A stretch of DNA of 64,000 nucleotides from NCBI RefSeq assembly GCF_006345805.1, contig NC_043001.1:69564001-69628000 (forward strand). Direction: 5' to 3'. Positions within the stretch are counted from its first letter, which is position 1; every line of letters begins with the position of its first letter. This document shows positions 26,596-40,241 of the stretch, one piece after another. The notes below the pieces were generated by a model, which saw nothing but the letters and a program-made list of their open reading frames with translations, ran no database searches and was not told the origin of the DNA. This DNA is from Octopus sinensis. Lineage: Eukaryota. The position numbers were made by a program, and so were the translations under genes.

Positions 26596-27836
26596 TACAG
26601 GGTATGTAAGATATTTGAGGGTAGATTTATATTTAGATAACATCATTTATGAGAAAATTGTATGAAGATGATAATAAACATTATTTTCTATAATGTTATT
26701 CAATAAAACTTCCTTCGGCTTCAACAACTGCTTCTATATGAGATCTAAATCATCTACATGCTCGAATCAATTGGTCCTGGTTCATTTTGGTCATTAATCT
26801 GACTAAGGCGGCTTTCATACAATCTTTGTTGATACGGGTGTGTTCATTAGCCTCTCTCCCAACAACACTCCACGTGTGATAGTCCAATGGATTGAGATCA
26901 GGGGAATTAGGAGGCCAAATATTAGTGGTTATGTGATCATGAAAATTTTCAGCCATCCATTCCTGTGTTACTAGAGTTATGTGTGATACTGCAGAGACTT
27001 ACTGAAATACATATGCCCTTCCGTTGCATACATTGTCTATCCAGGGTTTAAAAATTATTTCCAGGATATGAATGTAGGCAGCAAAGTTAACTCTAAGGCC
27101 TTGTGGAAAGAAGTAAGGAGGCATCACGTGTCATTCATTGCTGACAACCCCTAAATCCATGACAGTTGCAGGGAATTTTGTATGCAAAACGCATGAAACT
27201 TCAGAAAGGTCTGCACATAATCATCTGTCATTTCTTCTGTTAACTTTTTGATCTTGGTCGAAGTTTTTGTAGTTTGAGAAAAACTAGGTCAAATCTTCTG
27301 CTTAAAATTTCAGTTTGCGTAAGAGTCTTTTAGATCTGACGTAGGGACTCTCTTTTGCTTTTTCGGACAAATTGACATTTCCTCATCATATAAGACTTAT
27401 AACTGATGTCTCCGCGGACAATATGTCTGACTGTTCCTTCTGACACATGAAGATCTTTTGCAATTGACCTCATGGACTTTCTGATTGTGTAATCAATGGT
27501 CTCTTGAACTTGCTGGATAAATCCAGGTGTTCCCATAATTTCAGAGCGTTTAGAATGCTGTTTATGCTTTGTTACTGGTGATACGTTTCTCTCTTCAGTC
27601 TCTAGCTCTTTACAAACTTTGTAGACGAAATATCTGGCAATATTTAAAACTCGAGATATTTCCAAATCACTATGCTCAGCCTTTATAACCACGATAACAA
27701 CATGTTTCTTCATTTATTGAGTAAGCTGAGGATCTGCCATTATTATTTTCTGAAACAAAGATTGCACAGTGTTAGCAAATTATGAATGAATGACCCCCAA
27801 GAAGGTATGTCTTCAAATACCTTACGCAGTCTGAAT
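26596..27836 (-). mobile_element. Tc1/mariner superfamily (maT/DD37D-like) transposon relic
   Basis: KSMRSIAKDLHVSEGTVRHIV HTH and WPPNSPDLNPLDYHTW motifs; degenerate ~27-bp TIRs (CAGGGTATGTAAGATATTTGAG / CTTCAAATACCTTACGCAGTCTG). Confidence 0.82.
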
Positions 27837-27855
27837 ACACGCACACGCACGCCCC

Positions 27856-27907
<52 letters not shown>

Positions 27908-27908
<1 letters not shown>

Positions 27909-28107
27909 TCTTGGCGTACCTGTTGATGAAGACTCCACCTAGCAAATTATTTTATTTGCTAATATAGAGCTAGAAACCATGGTCGAGGAGATAGATGGAA
28001 ATTTTTCATTCCCTTCGAGATTTTACCCTATTAGTGCTTTGGATTTTGGCCATTCCCGCTAGCATGCTAGGTTTCCTATGATGGTCACCTCTTATGTGTT
28101 TAAGTGT
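27908..28107 (+). mobile_element. Solo pLTR-like element with degenerate hammerhead (27919-27988)
   Basis: UUGAUGA core, extended stem II with TAGCAAAT/ATTTGCTA, GAA-ACCAUGGU-C palindromic stem III; tail matches 6209-6240 next to a PLE RT. Confidence 0.65.
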
Positions 28108-28192
28108 ACACTGTATTATATATATGTAAATATATATAAATATATATATATGTAAATATATAAAATATATATATATATATATGTAAATATAT

Positions 28193-28224
<32 letters not shown>

Positions 28225-29074
28225 ATATATATATAGATATATATATATATATAATATACAGGGATGCTGCTGCCGCATTATGTCGTACGGGAACGAGAAG
28301 ATTTGCATCCCCAACCAAGAATTTCGGAAGTAACACATGTCCTTGTGGAAGCTGTTGTGCGCGGCTGAAGAAGGCCACAGACATACATTATGATTTGTTA
28401 TGAATCTGTCTAATAAAGGCCCGAAACATATGTACCGCTGAATCCTTCGCCTCATGTTTTTATTTTTATTTTTATTTTGATCAATTTATATATATATATA
28501 TATATATACATATGTATATATAAATATATAATATGTATATAATAGGCATCCAAACAACACGCACATGTATATCTACACACACACTCACACACACACACAT
28601 ATATATATATATATAATATATACACATATTGATATAGACAGATAGATAGATGTACATACATGTATATCTATCTATCTATACATGTGACAATTCAAAATCA
28701 ATATACTAATTCTATATGGTCTTCTCTTCATATGTTAAGAATGAAAGGTGCTTTAATAAAGAAAGTTACATTTCACATACCCATCATATGCCTGTGATGT
28801 AATGCAAATGTTTTACTCTCGTGGACTTGTTCTGCCTTAAGAAGCAACAATTCATAAAGGACAGACTTTTACATTTTCTATTGCTTCTACACCAGTGAGT
28901 GTACGGCGTTCAGCTACTTTGAAATGTGTTTTTACAGTTAACTCAATGCATTGTGGAATGGTCTACTTATTCCACGCACAACGAGATATACTTATTTATA
29001 TGTGCACCTACGTGATTCGAAAACATATTCACGCATGATACCCATATATATATATATGTATATATATATGTATA

Positions 29075-29132
<58 letters not shown>

Positions 29133-29176
29133 ATAATATATATATATATACAGTGCGAAAGAGAGAGAGAGAGAGT

Positions 29177-29208
<32 letters not shown>

Positions 29209-29656
29209 TGAGAGAGAGAAAGAGAGAGAGAGAGAGCGAAAAAGCGAGAGAGATTTTTGTTAAATTACAATAATGAAACTATGTCTCTGGTAAGAAACCG
29301 ATTGTTTAATGGTGAGAAATTTGAAAAACTAAGCAAAGAACACAAAACATATTCATCAATATACATTTATATAAAACTTTTGAAATGTCTCTTCATTACT
29401 TCAACGTTTTTATGCAGTCATTGTTCGCAACTTCTTGTCTCCTTTCTCTATTGCTTCTAGTTTGTCATTCTGTAAAGTGAATCTCTTTACATATTTGTCT
29501 GGTGCTGCAATGTTCAATGTGAAAATAGACTACATGGCATGAATGCAGCCATTGTTGCATCGACACTTATTGTTCCTCAAAATTCCCAAGAAGAAAGTGA
29601 TTAATTAAACTCATTCAAAACAGTATATACACATGAACATAAACGCACGCACACAT

Positions 29657-29697
<41 letters not shown>

Positions 29698-32090
29698 CAT
29701 ACATGCAAACATACACACATACATACATACATGCATGCATACATACATGCATGCATACATACATACATGCAGATAGATAAATAGATAGATGCGTGTTTCT
29801 GCTTGTATATTAAGCTGTGAATGTATGTATAAAGATTTTAATGTTTGAATGGCTATCCTTCGTACAGTAAAAGTTATGCTCCAACATTATTGATACAAAA
29901 TAAATGCTTTGAAGATGTTTGATATGATTTCATTTCTTATTTCCTTCATCGTGTTTGCTGTACAATTCTCGGCATTAAAGACATGGGACTCTTTAAGCAC
30001 ACTCGTACTGAAGCTCTCGTAGAATACAGAGCCCTAGTTAAAATTTTAGATTCAATGCCCAGAATTATTACCACATCTGCCGACGATTCTTTCATTTGAT
30101 TTTGTCCTATTTTTAAAAAAAATTATAATTCACTTTCTATTTTTGTTTGTCCACTCTGCTATTTCTCTCTCCCCTACTCCTCTCTCTCTTACACACACAC
30201 ACACACACATGTATATATGTATGCATGTGTTTTTGAGTATATATGTATATATATGTGTTGAAAACCTGAAAAGGAAGCTGTTAAGGCCCACGTGTTCCTG
30301 ATTGCTTTCACGCGATCCAAATTGAAGACTGATGTTCCAGTCTATATGCAATCCGTATGTAATTGGTCCTGTATTGAACAAGACTTTATATTAATTTACA
30401 AAACCTCTAGGAAGGCCGCAAGAAGCTAAAGCATTTGAAGGAGTTCGAATCATTCGTAATAAGGTAAGGATGTGATCGAGATAATTTTAATCTCTGTAAT
30501 GGGCCATATACTTGATGACATGAGACGTCATTTTTAAATTTAAGAAGTTTACACACAGAGACATGATTCAACTTTAATTGAAATCCTGTTAATGTTTTTG
30601 TATGTCTTGAGGCACATAACAACTTTAACGCCATCAAATGTAACAATAGAAGAATAATAAAAACATATGAAATCGAATAAAATCGATATGTAATTTCTAA
30701 AATTGATGTTGCAGTTTACAAGAAAATACTTAGGGTTGTAGTTCCAGCACAACAGAGGTTTTATAGAGCTTAAAGGGCATTCCTGAAAGAGGTATATGCA
30801 CCAATACAGCACCTTGTTCTTCCACTACCACTTGTAAAACATTAACGATGGAAATTTTATACTGTTGCGCTACCACAGAGAAATATCAACAAAATATTGC
30901 TAAAATCACACATTTCCTCTTTAAAATAGGACACATGTACAAGGCAATGTTGTTCTACATAAGTAGAGGAAAGAATCACGAATAAATTCCTTTTGATCAT
31001 AAATCTTTTCAAACTGAGTTGATCAGTGGTTAAATAAGAACATTCTCAAGAATTTGCAAAAAGATCGATCTCATGTAACCGCTGTTTCATAAAGAAAGCT
31101 CAATTCATCCATCATAAATCTCCATCAGTGATGGACCTACATTCTACTTGCTGGCACATATTTAAGTTCTTCGAAAATTTAAAAATCGTACTGATATATG
31201 ATACACATGGCAGAGTGCATCAGATAATATATAAAGGGTTTCATCACAATACATATACTATCCCTTCTTTCAAGCTGTCAAATAGTAAGGCCGCGCGACT
31301 GAATGGAAAATTGATTTAGGTTCTATAGACTCTAAGTGTGTTGCTTAAACCACAAGATTCCACATTACTCTGACGTAAAATCTTATTGACTATTTTTATT
31401 TTATATTTTCTGCCACATTTGCAAATACTACATCTCATTCTCTCCCTTTACGTGCCTATATGTTAAATCTTAGTCCGATTCTGTGTGTGTTGTGCATTAC
31501 ATTTTTGTGTTCGTAGGCATTAGCCAAATAGTGTAATCCTCTAGTCTGACAGAAGATTCAGCTAAGTTTCAAAAATCCCGAATGCATTATCTGAAGATAT
31601 TGCGATAAGCACACTATTAAGGCCCTATCTTAATTTTTTAGAAGTTAGATACTAATTGCTTCCCTATATTAAGAACGAAGTTTATTAGGTATTTCGCAGT
31701 AATTAAAATCCTTAAAGAATATTTGCATTCTATTCAAATTTACTTTATTGACATTCCTTTCCGTTGGGCATTCATTAAAATTTGAAAGGAAGAGAAAAAG
31801 AAACGAACATATATTCATTTCCTTTTAACAATATCATGATCTTCTGCATAGATGGAATTGATACTGTTGTGCCAAGTACACACATACACACGTATAACAT
31901 CACAGGAATTTGCATATGATATATTTACCCATAAACGGGTATGCATTTTGCGTTGATATTAACGTTTAGCACAGAAATACACACGCAGAAAACTATATAC
32001 TAGTGTTCACAGGCAGACAGGACACACACACACATACTTCCTTACATTCATGTATACATTCGCATACATTCATATAGTCATATGTATGAA

Positions 32091-32151
<61 letters not shown>

Positions 32152-32639
32152 TGTATGTATGTATGTATGTATGTATGTATATATGTATGTATGTATGAAG
32201 AGTGTTTCAATACAATTCGTTCTGAGCATTTAAACGAACAGCATGTTCAAAATCAATATAAAAGAATAGAAGGCTAATCGAATAATTAAAAGTACATGTA
32301 GGAAACATTTGGAAGAATAGAAATTAAGAAGGTAACTTCAATAAGGAAAAAGGAAAATTAATTAATTATCAAAATAGAAGCAATACGTTTTGTATTATTT
32401 ACACTTGAATTTTGAATTGTTTTGTTATGGTCCTTGATTCTTGTATAATTAATTGTATTTTTGTTAGAATTGTAGTAACACATGCTTTCTGTTTAAAGAA
32501 GAGACGATGGCTATGCTTGACTTTTATTTCTCCCGCGGACACAAATATAGAATTTGACATTTAATTACCATTGCTTTAGAGAGATAAAAAGAAACATTTT
32601 TGCACATTCTAATGAAAAGTACCTATTACGTACATAAAG

Positions 32640-32682
<43 letters not shown>

Positions 32683-32757
32683 TCATGTATATATATATAT
32701 GTATAAATATGTCTATATATATATACATATGTATTAATATATATATATATATATCCC

Positions 32758-32794
<37 letters not shown>

Positions 32795-32829
32795 TTGTAT
32801 GTACGAGTGTAAGTAAAATATTATAATCA

Positions 32830-33640
32830 CCCTTGTTTCTGTAATTTATTAAGACAATAGCAGGCGTTTAGCAATTATATCATTTTCCGACAGTCTCTAT
32901 GCTTTTCGATGCACTTCCTCCAGTGGTCCACGAGGTTTGCTTATTCTATTGAACAAGAAAATTATCGGCTAGTTGCGCAGCAATTTATGCACCGTACCCT
33001 GCACTTCTTAATTCATAGCAAGACGACGACCTCGTATGAGATATTTGATCGGTTAAGAGAAGTGATATTGGGAAGGCGGAAGATCTGAAATCTATGTGGT
33101 GTGTTTAAGCGACTGTAAATCCACTATTTCAATCGTTTTAGCGGTGTGCGCTGCCGTATGTTGGTGTGCATTGTCATGGAACAATAACGCTTGCTTTCAT
33201 AATAGACCGCAGCCTTTGGTGTGAATTCTTGGTCTTAATTTGTTGGCCAGACTTTCGCTGAAACCATCGCTGCTGGCTGGTTAATGCAGCAGTATTACTT
33301 GTTCGCGACTCAAACAACAGTTAACATCCCTCTTGCTGTGGTAGTTTGAATATTGAATTTCTTTTATTGTTGGTGATTCCGGGTTTTTCCACTCCATACT
33401 TTTCCTTTTGGAATCTTGCTCAAAGTGATGGACCCATCTCTTGGCGCCCACCTTACGCAGACATAACGAACACGAAGATTATCGTCAATGAGTTTGTAGG
33501 CAAAAAATTCAACTCATTCATATTCCGATAATCCCTCATTGATTATTGTAATTTATGCTGGGAGAAAGTCTTCCGTATGTTCACCTCCACATCACATACA
33601 AGTTGCATAATAAGCATGGACTAGCCACAAAATGCTTGCA
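32830..33640 (-). mobile_element. mariner transposase relic
   Basis: Minus strand FHDNAHQHTAAHTAKTI...HTT*ISDLPPSQYHFS, equivalent to mariner LHDNARPH...HPPYSPDLAPSDYHLF. Confidence 0.75.
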
Positions 33641-34019
33641 TTCTTCCTGGGAAATTTTCATGTAATCCCTAAATAAGAGATTTTAATAAGATATTTCTTC
33701 CGTACGTGTACATTGGTAATTTACCTAGACAAAATTTGTAGATTTACTATAGTTAGCTTTTGACAATCTAAGAGCAAACTTCAGCCCGGTTATGTTATCT
33801 TTTTTTTGCTTTTTCATCTTCAGTTCTCAGCTCTCTTAAATTCCTCCTTATATACGTATATAACCTTAAAATTATTTCTATCTTTATGTTATAGGTTTTG
33901 ACGGCGAAATATACCGTGACTTACTGAGGGGTTCTCCAGCAACCAATTCTTTTCCGTATTTAAAATGTTTCGCATATAAAAGTCGTTAATGAGATATTAC
34001 TTAATTGCCTATACTATAA

Positions 34020-34345
34020 ATTAGATGGCCCGAACACATAAGCAATATGAAGCTATGACAAAGAACAAATGAAGCTTTGATTAGGGAGCAAATATTTAAG
34101 AAACAGTGGAAGTAGATTGGTAGCACAATTAGAAAAGACACACCAAATGTAACGAAAAGTGCTTTACACTGGAAACCGGATGGCTATAGAAGGATAGGTA
34201 GGCCTAAGAACTTGTGGCGGAGAGCAACACAAAAGTAACTAGAGAAAGAGGGACATTCATGGCAGAGTACAAGTACAGAAGCCAAAAATTATGCGACATG
34301 GGATTCAAATATAAGTGGCAATGGAGGGTTAAAAGCAGAAGAAGA
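34020..34345 (+). mobile_element. RTE-clade LINE 3' fragment
   Basis: RWPEHISN...KQWK*IG..IRKD...TKSALHWKPDGYRRIGRPKNLWRR...W, followed by a GAA-rich tail. Confidence 0.75.
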
Positions 34346-36234
34346 AAGAATTACTTAGATTCCAACAATGTTTATGTAAACTTCATTCTCTTTTTTTTGC
34401 AATTTTCTTAATTTCAGTTTCTACTCAATTTCTCTTAATCTATCAATTTATCCTGAAGATATTTTATATCCGTATCTTATGTGATCTGTTGGCGTAGCAT
34501 ATCTTGACGTAGCTAATCACTTCTTTGACTACCTAGATCCTTTCTATGCTATCCCTTTGAAAACCTGAAGCGTCACTCTGGATTCAACTGACAACCAATT
34601 TTATTGTCATGTTGTATTTCACAACAATCTCTGTTATCCACTGCACCACATTCACATATACTCCACCTCAAAAACTCTTCAGTTCGCTTCAGAAACTCAA
34701 TTATTAATAGCTTGAATGAAGCTGCATAGATATACTGACTCTGGATTAAGTAATAATGCAATCCAACCAACGGGATGCAGCTGGATGCCATAGCGTAGGA
34801 TAACTATGCAGTTGAAACAGATGTTGGACAGAGATTTAAATGAATATTTTGTATATAATACTGTGATACATTTTGAGGGTGTCTAATACCCCATTCTTAT
34901 TTTTGCCTTATACACACACACAGAGTCACACACGTCCCCCCCCCCACACACACGCACACATAGATATGTAGCTATAACTTGAATGAAAATGTGCTAAGTG
35001 ATAAAACTCAGAGTGGATATCAGCATCTATTTGAACAAGGAAGATAAATACAGATAAATGCAGATAGACACATGCTTTTAAATTATAATACAACATTGAT
35101 TATCTCAATCTCGAGTTAATGTATCATATTTATCCAATTGAAATTAAATCTAGATCCATTTGGCAATGGAAGGTTTTCCCAAGCATCAAGAATACATCAA
35201 AAATTTGACACACACGCAAAAACGCTTACATACACACGTACACACACATATATACACACACCCAAGCACACACGTACGCATGTCAATGTTGACGCGCATG
35301 TGTGTGTGTGTGTACGTATGTATGAATGTATATATGTATGCATGTATGTATATGGTTAGAGTTGCCTAATATTTATGACATAATGTGAAAGATGAGTTAT
35401 CCCAGTATAACTTTCCATATTAGGCTTTGCAATTAGTGTACGATCGTTAACTATTCTTAGAGCTCCGAGGGAATATTCTGTTAGGTAGTTACACAATTAT
35501 CTAATTTGTTTCTATCTAGTTAAGTTATTGCCGTATGTCATATAATACGTTACAGTGTGTCGTATATTCCTCATTTGTGAAATCAGGATATTTCAATGTA
35601 TAGTTATACGTTTAATGTAATGAAATTAACATTCTTCACATATATATAATAATTATGGAAATTCAATAGACGTTGGTTTCTGCTTTGTTCCAGATGAAGA
35701 GTCTTCATCTTTATACGTTGACCTGCCCCTCTCTGCAGTAAGTAAATAAAGAGCAATTGTACCTTCTACTTATCGTATACATCCTCGTTCAGTATATGTT
35801 TATCAAAAGACCTTTTTTTTTATTTTCTTTAATTTTCCTCTGCTACATTCGTTATACTATACATGTAACTTTGGCTATCATTCCTGTCTTTTAATATCAC
35901 TGTTATTACTAATCCATGTGCTCTTCTTACTCTGATCGGCTGTACTGCAGGGGAATATACTGTAAACAATAATCTCGTAATTGCATTAACTGACGACTTA
36001 CTATTTATTCACAAATATTTCTTAATATTACTTAACTAAAATAATAGAGATGTTGGGCCTGTTTATCGTTTTTTTCGTTTGAGTCCAGCAATCATAATTT
36101 ATCTGTATTGTTTTTATTAAAGAAATGTTCAACCTCATTAATCATACCAATGAATTATTTACGTATCCATAATTCTCCGTCTTTATTCATCCATCATTAC
36201 ACACACACACACGCACACACACACACACACACAT

Positions 36235-36268
<34 letters not shown>

Positions 36269-36844
36269 TTGTATAAAATATTCACATAACTACATACATG
36301 TATGCTTAAACGTGTTGATGATTATAATAAATCTTTGAATTTCTTACAACACGATGCTTTCATACCCTGCTTTCCATAATTACGTTGATTACGTTGCAAT
36401 GCCATAAACGAGAACAGTGCTTGATTCGATGCCCCACTTTCAACTGATATGCTGTTTAAGCGAAACACTTTGTAAAAGGACCCTGCAATTAAAATGTCTC
36501 CTTCTGAGGAATAAGAAAGGGAGCCTATTCTAGATATGCGAGAAAAAATACATTTAACTCCTTAGATAAGAGTGTGAACCTGCTGGAGATTGAATAAACG
36601 ATGCATATACTAAATAATACGTTTACATATGGAAGCCTTCACGTGCATACACAAAAATAGAACCACGCATACTGAGGCACATACTTATCTATACGCAAAT
36701 ACTTAGACATTCATGTGTGTACGTGTGCCTTTGTGAGCATGACCATATATATATATATATATACATACGTATATCTCTCTGTCTCTCACTCTCTCTCCCC
36801 TATCAGGAAAAGAACTGATAGAAACGTTTTTCGTACTAGCATTA

Positions 36845-39192
36845 AGGGCCGCTAAGAGTTTCAACTAAAAGATCCTCAGAATTTAATGTTTTTTTTGTAA
36901 ATATATAAATGGTATATATGTTATATAATACAATTCGAGGGAGTACACAACCTACAACCGTCTCGAGAGTTCATATCCTGGTAGAAAAATTAATAGAAAT
37001 CTTACAAGCTATACGGACAATGTCCCTTTCATCAGGAAAGTTATCCTCATCAAATCACATTCTTGACCAAACATATTGGATAATTTGGAAGAATGCCTGC
37101 AACTTCAAATGTTTTAACTCTTAGTACTGTGAAAATTTCATTGTGTTGGTTTAATTAGATTTAAGTCTCAATAGGTTAATATTAACATTCCATGTTCTCC
37201 ACTGTCTCATTTGTATACGTGAGAATGAAAGTTTATATAAACCTATAACCATCCCTCTGTAATAACCAATAATTGCCAAAATCTTCAAAGCGTCATTTGT
37301 CAGTAAGTCGCACATTTTGTTGATTATTGCTATGTTTATTCAATTGCTTCGTGTTTTATAAACACTTGTTTTGCTGCCTTGCGGCAAATTTGTTCACTGT
37401 TCCCCCTCATTTGAAGGTGGAAGCTCAGTATAATTTGTATAAAAATGGAATACGAAAATCTGAGTCCTTTAGAATTTACGACGTCTGAAGAAAAATTGCT
37501 GACAGTAATTATCGTGCCGCACAAGAAGATAGAAGAAAAGATGAATTATGTGATCGTGGCCAGAGGCCACAGCGACGATATAAGTGTGGAAAAGGAGGAT
37601 CTGGAAAAATACAAGGATGTGTTACGTAGGGCGTGGCACTACGTTAAGGTGTCTCCTCCACAAGAAATTACAAGAACGACAAAAGAAAGGTCGATATTAT
37701 ACAAGACCTACATTTTGAAAACTAGGAAGATTGACGCAGCTACAACATATGAAGTGGAGAAAGCCTTGAAGCCCATCTGGCGGGGAATTATTTACCATAC
37801 CAGAGGAAGGATGTTTGCGACAGTGCAGGTGCGACTTCGGACGGAGGTAACTTCCGAGTAGCATTCAGCAACCTCCTCGAAAACTGACGAGGTGATACTT
37901 CTACCCATTTACCTCGGAAAGCGTGCTTCCAGGATAAGGGTGGAAGACATCCTCTCGGAGGTGGATGTGGCCTGGCTGGTAGCAGAAATACTGCTAGGCC
38001 TCGAATATGAGATTGCGGTCCTCCAAACCACTAGAAGAGCGCATAATAATTGGCAAGAGTAAGGTCTGGAAATGGTTATCCAGACCTCCCCGAATGACCT
38101 AGAAATAATGGCAGAGGCCATAACGGTCAACGAAGAAGTGATACATAGAGTTAGAGTGGAGAGCAGGATCTCCCATTGTTACAAGTGTGGCCAAAATAGG
38201 CACATTAGAGTAGTATCCCCTCCGACGCCCGTAAAAACACCGGTGTTACTTGAAAACGAAAACAAAACTGCATCTTTACCTTCTACGAGAACCAGTAGAA
38301 GAGAGCCCAGCATTGAGGAAGAAAAAGAAAATAAAGCAGAGGAGAAAACCATCGATGAATAGGAAACGGCAGAAAGGAAAAAGGGAAAGAGAAGGTCAGA
38401 AACTGTTGATCATAATCTCCACCCTGTCCTCCATACCCCTACAAACACCAGCCCTCACCCTACAGAACTTGATACGAAAACCAGTTTTATAGATACTCAG
38501 GACCCACAAATTCTCCCTCCCACACCCTAGAAAATACCTTATTGTAATGTTTGATAACAGAAATGAAAGTGCGAAAAGGGAAATTGAAAGCTTGAACTCC
38601 CTGGTGAAGGTGGACACTTCGAATTGTAAGGAGGCACCCTCACATGTTAAATGTGCACTGATGCCATGGCGAGCTTCGGGAGGAGTGTCTCCGATATGAG
38701 AAGAGAAATTGAAATTGAAGGACAATCTGATATGGTGAGTTTCAGAAATATTTACCCGGAAATCATAAATTAGAACATATCTTGATGTTAAAATTTGTTC
38801 AGACTGTAAAAATATTGTTTTTCAAAAAAGGTTTCAACGAGGTTGCTCGGAATGTAAGGTTCGAGTGACCGTCAATTCATCTATCTATTCTCTTTTCATG
38901 TCATCTTGTTTCATTCATTCCCCACCCCACTTGTTCTTTCTTTGTGTTGTCCGTCTTTGTATAGCCTCTTGTTGGTAATTTTCATAATAAAACCAAAAAT
39001 TGTCAAGAATTTGATTTTATGAGGATATTTTTTCTGATGAATTGGACATTGTCCGCATGATTTTACGATTTCCATTAATTTTTCTACCAGGACATGAACT
39101 ATGGATAGGGCCGTATAATATGGATTTCCTCGAATTGTATTGTAGGTCTTACATACCATTTATATATTTTAATTGAAACTCTTAACCGCTTT
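36845..39192. mobile_element. Cassette bounded by diverged inverted repeats (about 36845-37130 and 38960-39192) enclosing a gag-like ORF
   Basis: Arms align by eye (e.g. AATACAATTCGAGG, TCCTGGTAGAAAAATTAAT, CGGACAATGTCC); each carries CTGATGAA...GGAC-ATT-GTCC facing outward. Confidence 0.7.
37445..38362 (+). pseudogene. gag/ORF1-like protein with degenerate CCHC zinc knuckle (one frame, two in-frame stops)
   Basis: ORFs 37445-37861 and 38072-38362 are in the same frame; CYKCGQNRHIRVVSP resembles CX2CX4HX4C; homolog at 16880-17160. Confidence 0.65.
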
Positions 39193-39344
39193 TAATTTTA
39201 GTACGGAATATTTTTTATCAGTTCCTTTTCTCACACTTCTTTCCATATATATCCCACATGGGTTTTATTTAATTGTATTTTTTATGCATATATATATATA
39301 CGCATTTTATAATTTTAGGAGTCGAATTTATAATTTTATGAGTA

Positions 39345-39740
39345 AGCGTAGGAGTGGCTGTGTGGTAAGTAACTTGCTTACGAACAACATGGTGCTGAGT
39401 TCAGTCCCACTGCGTAGCACCTTGGGCAAGTGTCTTCTACTATAACCTCGGGCCGACCAACGTCTTGTGAGTGGATTTGTAGATGGAAATTGAAAGAAGC
39501 CAGTCATGCATATGTATATATATATGTACGTGTGTGTGTATATGTTTGTCCCCCCAACATCACTTGACAAGCGATGCTGGTGTGTTTAAGTCCCCGTAAC
39601 TCTGCACTTCTGCAAAAGAGACCGATAGAATAAGTACTAGGCTTACAAAGAATAAGTCCTGGGGTTGATTTGCTCGAATAAAGACGGTGTTCCAGCATGG
39701 CCACAATCACATGACTGAAACAACCAAAAGAGTAAAAAAG
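39345..39740 (+). mobile_element. Full-length tRNA-derived SINE (same family as 18005-18410)
   Basis: GCGTAGGAGTGGCTGTGTGGTAAG...GAGTTCAGTCCCACTGCG..CACCTTGGGCAAGTGTC...GACTGAAACAACCAAAAGAG. Confidence 0.9.
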
Positions 39741-39837
39741 TATGTATAAAAAGCTGATTGCCGAATTTGAGTTTACATCTTAATTCTTATCTTTTGACTC
39801 GGATCCGACCAGAGCACTTCTTAAGCAGTTCGCTATG

Positions 39838-39899
39838 TTTCGTTAGAAACAACTATAATAGTATATATATATATACTATTATAGTTGTTTCTAACGAAA
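39838..39899. repeat. Perfect 62-bp palindrome
   Basis: TTTCGTTAGAAACAACTATAATAG-(TA)7-CTATTATAGTTGTTTCTAACGAAA. Confidence 0.92.
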
Positions 39900-39900
39900 A

Positions 39901-39999
<99 letters not shown>

Positions 40000-40029
40000 G
40001 ATATATAGATATATATTCATTCGCATACA

Positions 40030-40238
40030 CGTACGCACTTAACGTGATTCTCAGGCAGATTCAGGGTGACTCAGAGTGTGGCAAGGCTGGTCCTTTGAAA
40101 TGAAGTTACAACTAATTTCTTCCAGATGAATGGACTGGAGCAACGTTGAATAAAGTGTATTGCTCAAGGACACGACGCCGGAAATTGAACTCATGACCTT
40201 ACGATCGCGAGCCGAATGCCCTAACCAGTAACCCATAC
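40030..40238 (-). mobile_element. tRNA-derived SINE, 5' portion
   Basis: Minus strand GGTTAGGGCATTCGGCTC...GAGTTCAATTTCC (A/B boxes) plus GTGTCCTTGAGCAATACACTTT core. Confidence 0.8.
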
Positions 40239-40241
40239 ATA

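Noticed and set aside
29950-31300. About 1.3 kb of higher-complexity, coding-looking sequence
   Set aside because: No long ORF and no motif I could recognise in any frame; needs tBLASTx/HMM search
36909-39159. Homologous small ORFs 36909-37124 (+) and 38911-39159 (-)
   Set aside because: They are antisense frames of the two inverted repeat arms; similarity follows from the DNA repeat
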